A stretch of 64,000 nucleotides of DNA from an uncultured Chloroflexia bacterium. GTDB lineage: Bacteria > Chloroflexota > Anaerolineae > CG2-30-64-16. Positions within the stretch are counted from its first letter, which is position 1. Each line of letters begins with the position of its first letter. The notes below the pieces were generated by a model. That model did no database searches, was not told where the DNA came from, and worked only from the letters and a program-made list of their open reading frames with translations. The stretch spans positions 1 to 64,000 of the forward strand of contig CAWEMM010000009.1 in assembly GCA_963810095.1 (NCBI GenBank). Reading direction: 5' to 3'. The translations under genes and the position numbers were made by a program. Below, piece by piece: positions 41,672 through 52,236 of the stretch.

Positions 41672-42502
41672 CTATGCACGTAGCCCGGCATCCTTCAGGA
41701 AGCTCAGAACCTCACGGTTGAACTCAGCCGGCTTTTCCATATTCGGCACGTGGGCGGCGCCGGCGATGATCACTTTCCTCGCCCCCTGGATGCCTTTTTC
41801 CATCATATCGGCTGCCCGCAGCAATTCCGGGTGGTCCAAAGCGCCGGTGACTATCAGCGTCGGGACACGGACCTGGTTCAGCCGAGTCGCCGCCGGTGGA
41901 TCGAGGGGGTCAACCGGCTGAGTATCAAGCATGAATGTTCCGTGTTCCACCGGGATCCGGTTCATTTCTGCAGCGCGTTGGCGCACCTGAGGATCGACTT
42001 GCTCCGGCTGACGAAAAGAACCGTCTACCCACAGGCGTAGCTGCAATTCAGAAACCTGCTCGAGATCGCCCGTCTGCATGGCAGCGAACATGGCGAGCAG
42101 ATCGGGCGGCGGAGCTCCCTGCATCTCAAAACCGCTGGGAACGGCTGAGACCAGAACCAGCCCGTCTACCCTCTCCGGATGCTCGAGAGCAAAATCGAGG
42201 ACGGTGGCGCCGCCCATTGAGCATCCCATCAGCACGGCGCGTTGGATCTCAAGCCCATCTAGCAGGCCCTCGAGATCCTTGCGGCGCGAGAGCGGCCCCT
42301 GCGCCCGGTCAGACTTGCCGTAATCACGCATATCGAATCGAACGACGCGAAAGAACTCGCTTAGTGCCTCCCACTGGCTGTCCCACATTCCACTGTCCAC
42401 AAAGCCGGCGTGGCACAAGACCAGGGGTTCGCCACTCCCGGTCACTTCATAGTAAAGTTTCCCATCCCCAACAGTGACTGTTCCTTGATTCGTGTTCTTC
42501 AT
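41672..42502 (-). CDS. Alpha/beta hydrolase
   Basis: GCSMGG nucleophile elbow, G.LD, AAHVPNME. Confidence 0.92.
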   Translation of the reverse strand: MKNTNQGTVTVGDGKLYYEVTGSGEPLVLCHAGFVDSGMWDSQWEALSEFFRVVRFDMRDYGKSDRAQGPLSRRKDLEGLLDGLEIQRAVLMGCSMGGATVLDFALEHPERVDGLVLVSAVPSGFEMQGAPPPDLLAMFAAMQTGDLEQVSELQLRLWVDGSFRQPEQVDPQVRQRAAEMNRIPVEHGTFMLDTQPVDPLDPPAATRLNQVRVPTLIVTGALDHPELLRAADMMEKGIQGARKVIIAGAAHVPNMEKPAEFNREVLSFLKDAGLRA

Positions 42503-42796
42503 CTGGTTTGTTCGGGCTCCTCATGTGTGGTTCCCTAAGGGCGGCCGGAAATCGAGAACTCTCGGCCGGGCCTCTTCGGCGCGATGACGAGGCGCCTTTT
42601 TTACATAGCGGACAAACGCTTCGTCGCCGGCTTCACGTATCTGTGCGGTGCGATGGCTTTGAAACTGATTGCGGTGCGGAAAGCACCTGTCGAAGTACTG
42701 CGCCTTGCTGATTTGAACGCAGCGCTTGCGCGCAGGGCTGCCAGACGCTTGAATGACGCTGCGGAAAGAGCGCCGGTGTTGCGCGGCGCATCCAAG

Positions 42797-43258
42797 TTAT
42801 TGGGTGACAATCCGAGCCTGCATGCGAGCGATAAACTCACGCCAAATCGGGTAGTCACTGCCTTTCCAGATGGCCACGCGGAACTCGCCGGCCTGCGATG
42901 CTGACCATCCGAGATGCTTCTCCGCGTACAGTGAGTAAAAGGCAGTCACCCGGAAGTTGGCGGCGCAATGTATCAGAGTTTTGCCCCCCGAAATCTGCAA
43001 CATGGTTTGCTCAAATGTCGAAAAATCCGTCTCTTTCGGGTTTTCCCAGTCCACCGGGATATGGTAGTACGCTAGACCCTGCGAGCGTACCAGCTCGGCT
43101 TCGTTCGCCGGCGAGCGAGCAGAGTCGCCAGTGGCAAGATTGATGACTGCCGAAAAGCCCTCCGCCGCCAACGTTTTGAGTTGCTCCGCGGTTGGTTGTC
43201 CGCCAGTAACGATCTCGTCACTGACCTTTATGTAGTTGTAGATATCTTCAGAGGCCAT
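42797..43258 (-). CDS. PTP-like / DUF442 protein
   Basis: TGGQPT, VINLA, HIPV, LIHCAANFR (CX5R-like loop, shortened). Confidence 0.82.
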   Translation of the reverse strand: MASEDIYNYIKVSDEIVTGGQPTAEQLKTLAAEGFSAVINLATGDSARSPANEAELVRSQGLAYYHIPVDWENPKETDFSTFEQTMLQISGGKTLIHCAANFRVTAFYSLYAEKHLGWSASQAGEFRVAIWKGSDYPIWREFIARMQARIVTQ

Positions 43259-43659
43259 ACGTCCTATCCTCATCGTCTCTCTCAGCACCTGAGAAGCAGC
43301 TGTGCTGCACGGCCCGCAGCCTGTTGGGCGTGTTCAATTGTACCATCGATGTGCAGGTAAGTTGTAGCCTTTGCTGCAGGCAACGTGCAGGCGCCGACCC
43401 TGCAGACCACCCAGGAAACAATACTTCGGCTGAGGGGAACTGGGCTACAAGCGCCCGTGGGTCTATGTGAAGCTCGGTACGCATCCGACCAGCCCGGACT
43501 GGGGATGGCTGACGCGTCAGGGCTGACGCAGTGGCAGGTATGCAGAGTGTTCGAGGAGCGCGGCACGACGCGCGCAAGGATCGAGGTCGCTCTGCTGCGC
43601 GATGCACAGCAGGCAACGATCCCTACATAGTAAGATTCAGGCTGAGTCAAGTCAGTTGC

Positions 43660-43688
43660 TTGAATCTTGGCCTAGGCCGGGTTATACT
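43660..43688 (+). promoter_or_regulatory. Putative sigma70 promoter of the hybrid regulator
   Basis: TTGAAT-17 bp-TATACT. Confidence 0.6.
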
Positions 43689-43800
43689 TCGGCTGGCTGA
43701 AAGGCGTTGCTACATCCTCCAACTGCTCACATTGTTCCCTTCGCATTCTAGTCAGCCGAGAGCTAGCACCCTGACTCCACATGAAAGGCTTGCAGGCGAA

Positions 43801-46800
43801 ATGGCGAGAGCAACGAGGCTGTCCACTATTGCTCTCCTCGAGACGTCGCTGGCGGAGGTCCGGCGATCGCCTATGTGGGGCGACATGTCGGACATCTGTC
43901 GCTTGCGCGGGATGAATCTACGGGTAATTATCGGCGGTGCGCTCGCGTCGCCGATCGGCTTCGAAGCTCAGAGCAACGTCCTCTATCGCCTGGTCAACCC
44001 CACCAACACGGATGGCCTGATCGTCACCGGGGGCCTGGGACACTACGCTGGCCCCGATGGAATGCAGCGCTTCTGCGAAGGCTTCCGCCCGCTGGCCCTG
44101 GTCAGCCTCGAGGTGCGCCTCGACCGCTTCCCTAGCGTCGTGCCCGACTTCTACGCGGGCATGGCCGCGCTCGTACGCCATCTGATTAGGGATCATGGGT
44201 ACCGCCGAATCGCATTCATCCGTGGCCCGGCAGACTCGAAAACCGGGGAGGACCGCTACCGGGCCTACCGGGATAGCCTGGCCGAATCAGGGTTAGCCTT
44301 TGACCCCAACCTGGTTGCACCTGGCACCTTCTTCTCTCCCTCAGGGGCAGATGCGGTCAGCCTGTTGCTGGACGAGCGAAAAGCGACCTTCGATGCCCTC
44401 GTCGCCGCAAACGACATGATGGCCGTCGACGCGCTGCAGGCGCTGACCGGGCGAGGGATCCGCGTTCCCGAGGACATAGCCCTTGCAGGCTTCGACAATC
44501 GAGAAATCGCCCACGCCGTCGAGCCCCCCCTCACGACGGTCGAATTGCCCACCGACAAGGAAGTGCGCCTCGCTGCGGACGTGATCGAGCGCCTGCTGCG
44601 GGGCGAGGATGTTCCGCTGCGCACGGACATTGAGACGGAGGTCGTCCTTCGCCAGTCGTGCGGTTGCACGTCGGTTGCCCTGCAGCAACTCTCGGCCCCG
44701 TATCCACGCCCGCGCGCAGAGGGTCCGCAGGCGCAGGTCCTCCCACCGGAGCACGGCAGCGATGCGGTGTTAGGATGGCCGTCCTCCCTCGCCGCACACC
44801 GGCCCGCCGTCCTGGAAGAGATGGCCAAGGTGTGTGGGCCCTCGCGCGGGGCTGGTCGGGCCCCCCTGGAGTCTATCTGGGACGCGTTCGCCGAGGACCT
44901 CTTCTCGGGCTGCAGCACGCACCTGATGGCGGCGCTCGAGGAACTCGCCCGCGACGAGCCCGGCCACGGGATGGACCCGTACGAGTGGCAGGGCGTTATC
45001 TCGTCGCACCGGCGCCACACGCAGCCGCTGCTGCTGGGCACCGGTTTCCTGCAGCAGGCCGAAACGCTGTGGCAGCGCGCACGCGTGTTTCTCGCCGAAC
45101 GTGCACTGATTCTTGAAGCACAGCGGCAGTATGCGGCGGACCAGTTGAACGGGACCTTGCTGTCGGTGGGCGAACGGCTGGTCACCGCATTCGACCTGAC
45201 CGCGCTCATGGACGCAGTGGCACGCGAGCTGCCGCGCCTCGGCATCCCGGCCTGCTATATTGCGTTATACCAGGCCGCTGACCCTTTGTCGGCCGACTCG
45301 AGACTGGTGCTGGCTTACGACGAGCACGGACGCCTGCCCCTTGGGCCAGACGGCCTCCTCTTCTCGACTGCCGCCATTCTCCCGGCCCAAGTTCTGCCCG
45401 GCGACCGCAGGTTCACGCACTTGCTGCTCTCGTTGCACTTTCACGAGCAGCAGTTGGGTTACGTCATCTTCGAGCCCGGCCCGCACAATCCCGTGATCTA
45501 CGAGACCCTGTCGCTCCAACTGAGCACGGCGCTCAAGGGTGCGCTGCTCGTCGAAGAGATGCAAAGAGCGCGCGAGACCGCGCTGCAGGCGAAGGCGATT
45601 GCCGAGAGAGCCGATCAGCTCAAGACGCGTCTATTGGCCAACGTAACGCACGAGCTGCGCACCCCCCTCAATGTCATCCTGGGCTACAGCCGGATGGCGC
45701 TCGTCGATCCGAACCCGCACGGCTACGACCTGCCTCCCGGCTTGCGCAACGATCTCGAGAACATCCGGGGTTCCGCCGAGCACCTGACGCGGCTGATCAG
45801 CGACCTGCTGGACCTATCACGGGCCGAGATCGGCGAGTTGGACCTGTTTCCCGAGCCGCGTCACGCCGCGCACATTTCTGCAGCTAGCGTTTTCGACGAT
45901 GGCCGACAGCGTGCGGCCGAATCCCGCAGTTGCCTGGCGCCTGGAGCTTCCCCCGCGGCTGCCCATCATCCTGGCCGACCCCACCCGATTGCGCCAGATC
46001 GTGCTCAACCTCCTGAGCAATGCGCACAAGTTCACCGAGTCAGGCGAAATCGTTCTGGGAGCGGAGGTAGCGCCGCCTCATCTGCACATCTGGGTGCGCG
46101 ATACGGGGCCTGGCATCCCGATCGACCGCCAGGAACGCGTCTTCGAGCCCTTCTTCACGGAAGGGTACGCGAGCCGCCGGCCCGAGGGGATCGGCCTGGG
46201 CCTGACGATCACTCGGCAACTGGTCGCGCTGCACGGCGGCTCGCTCTCGCTCGAGAGTCAGGCGGGGAAAGGCAGTGTCTTCCACCTCTACCTGCCCCTG
46301 CCCAGCTTGGGCGGACGCCGGATTATCCCCCCTGCGCAACGCTCGGACACCGCGAAGGCCGGTCTCCTGCTGGTTTCGAGTAAGGATGCCACGATTGCAG
46401 AATTGGCAGCGCTTGCAGGGCCAGCAGGCTGGCCGGTGTGGCGCATCCGTTCTCAGGCAGACCTGGGCGGGCTCCTCGACGCAGTCGCCCCCGTTGCGAT
46501 TGTCTGGGACCTGACGTACGCCCGGCCAGGAGACTGGCCGCTGATCCAGCACATCCGCAACCATCCGCACCTGTGCAACGTCCCGTTCATCCTGTATGAG
46601 AAGGAAACCGGCGAGGCGTCCCGTCTCACCAACATCCTGATTAAGCCTCTCAACTCGAACTTGTTGGCCGACTTGATCCAATCCCTGCAGCCGCCAACGG
46701 CCGGCGGCGCCATCCTTGTCGTCGACGACGACCCGCAGGCCCGCGATCTGTATTCGCGGCTGCTCTCCGAGCGGTTCCCGGGTTTCCCGATTGTCATGGC

Positions 46801-47443
46801 CGAAGATGGACAAGCGGCCCTGGATTGGCTGGAGGATGCAGCCCCTGCGTTGGTTATACTGGACCTGTCCATGCCACACGTGGACGGCTTTACCGTGCTG
46901 GAACGGCTGCGGGGCGATGCGCGCACTCGGACCGCGCCGGTATTCGTGCTAACGGGGCGATTGCTGAGCTACGAAGACATCAAGCGCCTCGATCATTCGC
47001 AGGTTGTCGTCCACTTCAAAGAGATCCTGAGCGAGGAAGAGACACTCGCGGGCATCGAACGGGTTTTCGCCGGCCTGCACGTCGTGCCCCAACCTACAAG
47101 CCGAGTGGTCAAGCAGGCGCTGAGTTACATGCAGCGCAACTACTCGCATACCCTGTCGCGCGTCGAGATCTCCGCAGCCGTTGGCGTTAGCGAGGACTAC
47201 CTGAGCCGCATTTTCAGCCGCGAGATGGGCCTGTCTCCGTGGGAGTACCTCAACCGCTACCGGGTTCTGCAGGCGAAGCGGCTGCTGGCAGACTCGAGGG
47301 AGAGCGTGACGTGGATTGCCAGCCAGGTGGGCTTTGACGATCCCGCGTACTTCAGCCGCGTTTTTCAGAAGGTCGAAGGCTGCTCGCCGCGCGAGTACCG
47401 GGCGGGGCAAGATCGCCCGCCCTCGGGTTCGCCCGCCCCCTGA
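43801..47443 (+). CDS. Cytoplasmic hybrid regulator: LacI-type ligand-binding domain, GAF-like, His kinase, REC, AraC HTH; frameshift near 45858
   Basis: HGYRRIAFIRGP, AANDMMA, VPEDIALAGFD, PPLTTV; ANVTHELRTPLN, NLLSNAHKFT, DTGPGI, GIGLGL; ILVVDDD, ILDLSMP; YLSRIF, VGFDDPAYFSRVF.K..GCSPREYR; no TM segment. Confidence 0.9.
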
Positions 47444-47476
47444 CACTCGGCACCTCGCTCCCCAAAAGAGAACAGG

Positions 47477-47539
47477 ACGCATTTATCCAAGTAGCACAAC
47501 GCTTTTCTCCTGTCACCGCGCGATCCCTTGGCGTACACT
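47477..47539 (+). promoter_or_regulatory. Candidate AraC-type activator site and promoter of the glycan locus
   Basis: Direct repeats acgcatttatcc (47477) and acgcttttctcc (47499), 22-bp period, abutting a weak -35; TACACT at 47534-47539. Confidence 0.5.
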
Positions 47540-47589
47540 GCCTTTCAGAGTAGGGGCAAGGCATCACGAGCCTCCATCTGGCCCTTCCG

Positions 47590-48213
47590 ATGTCGTCGAT
47601 CAAAGGAAACACCGTGACAACCGTCCCGCTTACCGTTGCCCCGAGGGCACGGCCTGAAGTCGAACGCAGCATTGCTCGCTGGGCTGCCGGCCTCGTTAAA
47701 GACGGCGACACGATCGTGTTGGACGCCACCTCCGCCGTCCTGGCGATGGCACCGTTTCTGGCCTCGCGTCGCAACCTGGTCGTTGTGACGAACGGGATCG
47801 GAATCGGCCAGGCGCTGGCCTGGGTCCCGTCCAACAGAGTCCTGTTTATCGGCAACCTGCTCCGGGCGGACGGGTCCTCGGTCGTCGGGCCCATCTACGA
47901 GCCGGCTCTGCGCAGCCTGAAGTCCGCAACCGCCTTTGTCTCATGCGAGGGGTTTTCGCTGGCCGCCGGCCTGACGGATACGGCGGCGGACGAAGCCCTG
48001 GTGAAAAGCCAGATGGTCGGGCTGGCGCAGGCGACGGTGGCGCTCATCGAGTCGGCCACATTTGGTCGGGTGTGGCAGGCGCCTTTTGCACGGGCCGACC
48101 AATTGGCCCACATATTCAGCGACGAGGGCCTGGAGCCGCACTGGGTCGAGCAGGTTCAGGATGCCTCCATCGCGCTCACCCTTTGCCCCGTGGCGGGTAG
48201 GGCAGACGCATGA
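47590..48213 (+). CDS. DeoR/GlpR C-terminal sensor domain without HTH
   Basis: IARWAAGLVKDGDTIVLDATS, VVVTN, AFVSCEG.....GLTD, VKSQM. Confidence 0.78.
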   Translation: MSSIKGNTVTTVPLTVAPRARPEVERSIARWAAGLVKDGDTIVLDATSAVLAMAPFLASRRNLVVVTNGIGIGQALAWVPSNRVLFIGNLLRADGSSVVGPIYEPALRSLKSATAFVSCEGFSLAAGLTDTAADEALVKSQMVGLAQATVALIESATFGRVWQAPFARADQLAHIFSDEGLEPHWVEQVQDASIALTLCPVAGRADA

Positions 48214-49142
48214 CCGGACCGGCGTACCAACGGGCGGACTTCGGCAAGCTGCGCGACACCAAATACGGTGTCGGCTTCCACTGGACGACCTGGACCGCGC
48301 CCAGGGCCGGCGACCCAAAGCCATTCGAGGACGCGGTCGAGACCTTCGACGTGGACGCGTTTGTGCGGCAAGCCGTCGAAGCGGGCGCGGGTCACGTCCT
48401 TTTCACCACGACGCACGCGATGCATTGGCTGCCCGGCCCAAACCCGGTCGTCGACGCGCTGCTCCCCGGCCGGACCTGCAGGCGCGACCTGATCATGGAG
48501 ATCGCGGACGGCCTGCTGGCGGAAGGCATCCTGCTGATCCTTTACTACAACTTCGGGGTTTATTCCGGGGACCAGGCCTGGAGCGAGGCAAGCGGGCTCC
48601 TGGCGGACGACAAGACCGCCTTCTTTGTCAATTGCCAGAACATCCTCAGGTGGATGGGTGAGCACTACGGCGAGAAGGTGGCCGCCTACTGGTTCGACGT
48701 GGGGCTCGAAGCGTTCTCCGAGACGCCATTTGCGGCGATCACGGCCGCGGCGAAAGCCGGCAATCCAGGCCGCCTCGTCTGTTACAACCCTGCAGTCGAG
48801 AAGACGGACCTGGTCACGCCCTACCAGGACTATTGGGCGGGGGAGATTTGCCGGCTCAACTACCTGCCACGCGGACCGCTCACGCCTGGAGGATTGCCCT
48901 GGTATTCGTTCACGTCTTGGCATCCCGATGGGCGCCACCCGGCCGCGGGCACATGGGGCATGGACCTCGAGACGCGCGAGCAGGAGTGGCCCGCCCCCTG
49001 CGCGTGCAGCGTCGCCGCCTATTTGCAGCGCTTTCTGGAGCACGGCGGCGCGGTCACGTTCAACCTGCTGTGCTACCAGGATGGAACCGCCTACGAACCC
49101 GATCTTGCGGTCATGCGCAAGATCAAGCGACTATTCCGGTGA
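48210..49142 (+). CDS. GH29-like (alpha-L-fucosidase-type) glycoside hydrolase catalytic domain
   Basis: YGVGFHW, FD...F..Q..EAGAGHVLFTT.H, RDLIME.AD, YG.KV..YWFD. Confidence 0.7.
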   Translation: MTGPAYQRADFGKLRDTKYGVGFHWTTWTAPRAGDPKPFEDAVETFDVDAFVRQAVEAGAGHVLFTTTHAMHWLPGPNPVVDALLPGRTCRRDLIMEIADGLLAEGILLILYYNFGVYSGDQAWSEASGLLADDKTAFFVNCQNILRWMGEHYGEKVAAYWFDVGLEAFSETPFAAITAAAKAGNPGRLVCYNPAVEKTDLVTPYQDYWAGEICRLNYLPRGPLTPGGLPWYSFTSWHPDGRHPAAGTWGMDLETREQEWPAPCACSVAAYLQRFLEHGGAVTFNLLCYQDGTAYEPDLAVMRKIKRLFR

Positions 49143-49242
49143 CCATCGCCTGACCGTAGGAGGCGCCTGAAATCCGACCAACCCGGCACCAGGTTTATTC
49201 CGAGCGCAATCTACCAACCTCAATCAGCACCAGGAGGATGAG

Positions 49243-51135
49243 ATGTCAAGGAAGCTCTTCGTCGTGATTGCCGTCGTGTCGATGCTGGCGATGCTCGCCG
49301 GCTGCGCCGCGCCGGCACCTGCCCCGGCGCCGCAAGTCGTCGAGAAGCCGGTCGTCCAGACCCAGATCGTCGAGAAGCAGGTCGTCCAGACCCAGGTCGT
49401 GACCGTCAAGGAGACCGTGGTCGCACAGCAGACCGTCGTCGTTGAAGCAACCCCCGCTCCTGTCGTGGAGGAAAAGTCGGACGTGCAGGAACTGCGCGTG
49501 ATCGAGATGGCGGACTGGAACAGCGCCTTCCGCATCAACCCGCTGCAGTTTGGCTCGGGCGGCGCGGCGGGCCTGATGTGGATGCGCATGGCCGGCATGA
49601 ACGACAAGTTCGAATCAGTGGACACGCCGATGGCCCTGGCCAAGTCGTGGGACTTCAATTCGGACCGGACTTCGATCACCATCAAGCTGAAGGAAGGCCT
49701 CAAGTTCTCGGACGGCTCGCCAATCACGGCCAAGGACGCCGCTTGGTCCCTGGGCTACCTGATCATGACCGGCCACCCGGACCTGAAGACAAAGTTCTCC
49801 GGCTCGCAGGCGACACGCTACTTCCCCGCCCTGAAAGGCGCCAAGGACGTGTTTGACGGGAAGGTCAAGGCCGACGAATTCGGTGCGGCGATGGTCGAGG
49901 GCATCAAGGTCGTCGACGACTCCACCATCCAACTCGACTTTACCCAGCCCGTGATGACGCTCACCGTCGAGCCGCTGCAGTTTTGGCCGATCTTGAAGCC
50001 GGAATCCGTTATGGCCGGCACAGGCAAGGAGTACGGCCCGGATGCGTACTGGACGACTGAGAAGGACGTCGTTAGCTCAGGCCCGTTCATGCTGGAGTCC
50101 TTCTCGTCGGGTAACGGCTTCACAATGGTCCCGAACCCCAACTGGGCCGGTAAGAAGGCCGAGTTGAGCAAAATCCTCGTCACGCTGATGTCGGACTACT
50201 CCACTGCGCTCTCGGCCTTCGAGAACAAGGAAGCCGACGCCGTCATGATGGCGTTGGGACCCGAAGACGCCAAGGCGGCTGAAAGCTCGGAGTTCCTTAA
50301 GGCCAGCATCAAGCCGGCGACGGGCTACGACCTGGAACACCTCCTGATCACTGCCTTCAAGCCCATGGAGGATCTTAACGTGCGCCGTGCGATCGCGATG
50401 GCGATCGACAAGCAGGCGCTGGTCGACGTGCTTGGCGGCGGCGAAGGCCAGACCGGCTATACCAAGCTCGACTACCATCACATCCCCTTCTCGGTCCCAA
50501 CCTGCAACGAGCAGTTCGCCAAAATCGTGCCGCTGAAGTACGATCCTGAGGCAGCCAAGGCGGAGCTTGCAAAGTCGCCTTACGCGGACCAGATCAAGGA
50601 TATGGAAATCAACACGACCCTCGGCATGTGGGGCGAGCCGGTTTCGATGAACCTCGTCGAGATGCAGGCCATCCAGAAGATGCTGAAGGACAACCTGGGC
50701 ATCAACCTGACCATCCACCAGGAGCCCATGGCCGACTACACCAAGCCCACCTACCCAACCCACATGTGGCCGAACTCGCAGGGTGAGCACACCATGGACG
50801 TGTACACATACATGAACAACTTGGTTCCGCTCTCCCAGCCGCTCCCGGCGGATGAGAAGCAGATGACCATGTTGAACCTGCCCTACGTGCCCGAGCTGGT
50901 CGCGAAGATGAAGGAAGCCGGCGAGCAGACTGACCCGACGAAAGTCTGCGAGAAGCTGGCCGAGGCGCAACAGCTGTGGGTCGATAACGTCTTCACCCTG
51001 GATCTCTTCGCCGGCACGACCTACCGCCTCGAGGCGCCGTGGGTGAAGAACCTGAACCTCTTCGGTCCGGCCCGCCCGTCCATCAGCCAGATGGAAGGGC
51101 AGGATATTGCGGAAACGTACATCGCCAAGCACTAG
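49243..51135 (+). CDS. ABC substrate-binding lipoprotein (family 5, Opp/Dpp type)
   Basis: LAGC lipobox, LAKSW, KFSDGSPITAKD, SGPF, VRRAIAMAIDK; GGAGG RBS. Confidence 0.93.
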   Translation: MSRKLFVVIAVVSMLAMLAGCAAPAPAPAPQVVEKPVVQTQIVEKQVVQTQVVTVKETVVAQQTVVVEATPAPVVEEKSDVQELRVIEMADWNSAFRINPLQFGSGGAAGLMWMRMAGMNDKFESVDTPMALAKSWDFNSDRTSITIKLKEGLKFSDGSPITAKDAAWSLGYLIMTGHPDLKTKFSGSQATRYFPALKGAKDVFDGKVKADEFGAAMVEGIKVVDDSTIQLDFTQPVMTLTVEPLQFWPILKPESVMAGTGKEYGPDAYWTTEKDVVSSGPFMLESFSSGNGFTMVPNPNWAGKKAELSKILVTLMSDYSTALSAFENKEADAVMMALGPEDAKAAESSEFLKASIKPATGYDLEHLLITAFKPMEDLNVRRAIAMAIDKQALVDVLGGGEGQTGYTKLDYHHIPFSVPTCNEQFAKIVPLKYDPEAAKAELAKSPYADQIKDMEINTTLGMWGEPVSMNLVEMQAIQKMLKDNLGINLTIHQEPMADYTKPTYPTHMWPNSQGEHTMDVYTYMNNLVPLSQPLPADEKQMTMLNLPYVPELVAKMKEAGEQTDPTKVCEKLAEAQQLWVDNVFTLDLFAGTTYRLEAPWVKNLNLFGPARPSISQMEGQDIAETYIAKH

Positions 51136-51261
51136 GCTTGGCTTGGGCCGCCCGGCGGCTGATCCGAGGAAAAGCAACGCACCAGGGGCACACACGTGCC
51201 CCTGGTCGGGGCTACGCTCGGCGCTTCGCGCCAGCGCCCCCGCTACCAGGAGAAGAGCGCG

Positions 51262-52221
51262 ATGCTCCGATATCTCGTCCGGCGAATCCTCAGCATGATC
51301 CCCCTGCTCATCGTCGTAACGGCCTTCACCTTTATCGTGGGCCAGTACGGCGCGGGCGATTTGGCCGCCTACCTAACAGGCACGCGAGGCGATCCGGCCA
51401 AGGGGTTCGACGTCGAGCTGTATCAGAAGTTCCGCCAGGAACTGGGGATGGATGACCCCATTTTTGTACGTTACGGCCGGTGGCTCTGGAATGCCCTGCA
51501 CGGAGACCTGGGGAAGTCCTACGTGATGATGGGTGACCCTTCCGTTGCCTACCTGATCAAGAACGCGATCCCGCAATCGCTTCAGTTATGCCTGGCCGCG
51601 CTCTTTCTTGTGACAATTATCGGGGTGCCATTAGGGATACTGAGTGCGGTGTTCAGCAACACCGTGCTCGACCGGGTATTTGTCAGCGGCTCATCGGTTC
51701 TGTCATCCATCCCGTCGTTTGTCCTCGCACCCGTTGCGATCATCATCGTGGTCGTCCGGCTGCACCTGCTGCCTTCAGTTGGGGTGGGCTGGCACGGCCT
51801 CTTCGCCAAAGAAACAATCTTGCCCGCGTTCTGCCTCGCGATGGTGGGTCTTCTCAACGTCGTCCGCACGACTCGCGTCTCGATCCTCGAGGTGCTCTCG
51901 CAGGAATATGTGCGGGCCGCTCGTGCCCGCGGCTTGTCCGAGCGCCTGGTCGTCGCAAGGCATGTCGTGCGCAACGCCGCGCTCCCCATTGTCACTGTGA
52001 TTGGCATGACAGGCGCAGGGCTGCTCGGCGCAACCGTGTTCATCGAGCAAATCTTCAACATCCAGGGATTCGGGATGATGGTGAGCAAGGGGCTGCAGCG
52101 CGGCGACGTGATGACCGTTACCGGCGCAGTGCTGGTCTCCACCGTCATCGTGATGCTCTTCAGCCTGCTGGTCGACCTGTTGTACGGCGTCATCGACCCG
52201 CGCGTCCGGGTGACGAGATAA
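51262..52221 (+). CDS. ABC permease (OppB/DppB type)
   Basis: MLRYLVRR, HGDLGKS, EYVRAARARGL, HVVRNA, DLLYGVIDPRVR. Confidence 0.93.
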   Translation: MLRYLVRRILSMIPLLIVVTAFTFIVGQYGAGDLAAYLTGTRGDPAKGFDVELYQKFRQELGMDDPIFVRYGRWLWNALHGDLGKSYVMMGDPSVAYLIKNAIPQSLQLCLAALFLVTIIGVPLGILSAVFSNTVLDRVFVSGSSVLSSIPSFVLAPVAIIIVVVRLHLLPSVGVGWHGLFAKETILPAFCLAMVGLLNVVRTTRVSILEVLSQEYVRAARARGLSERLVVARHVVRNAALPIVTVIGMTGAGLLGATVFIEQIFNIQGFGMMVSKGLQRGDVMTVTGAVLVSTVIVMLFSLLVDLLYGVIDPRVRVTR

Positions 52222-52236
52222 TGGCGAGGTGACGCG

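Noticed and set aside
43385-43630. Short ORF faintly resembling an HTH fragment
   Set aside because: Too weak to assign by eye; no RBS.
45840-45900. Programmed frameshifting between HisKA and HATPase (and at other breaks)
   Set aside because: No slippery heptamer, and similar breaks occur throughout unrelated genes.
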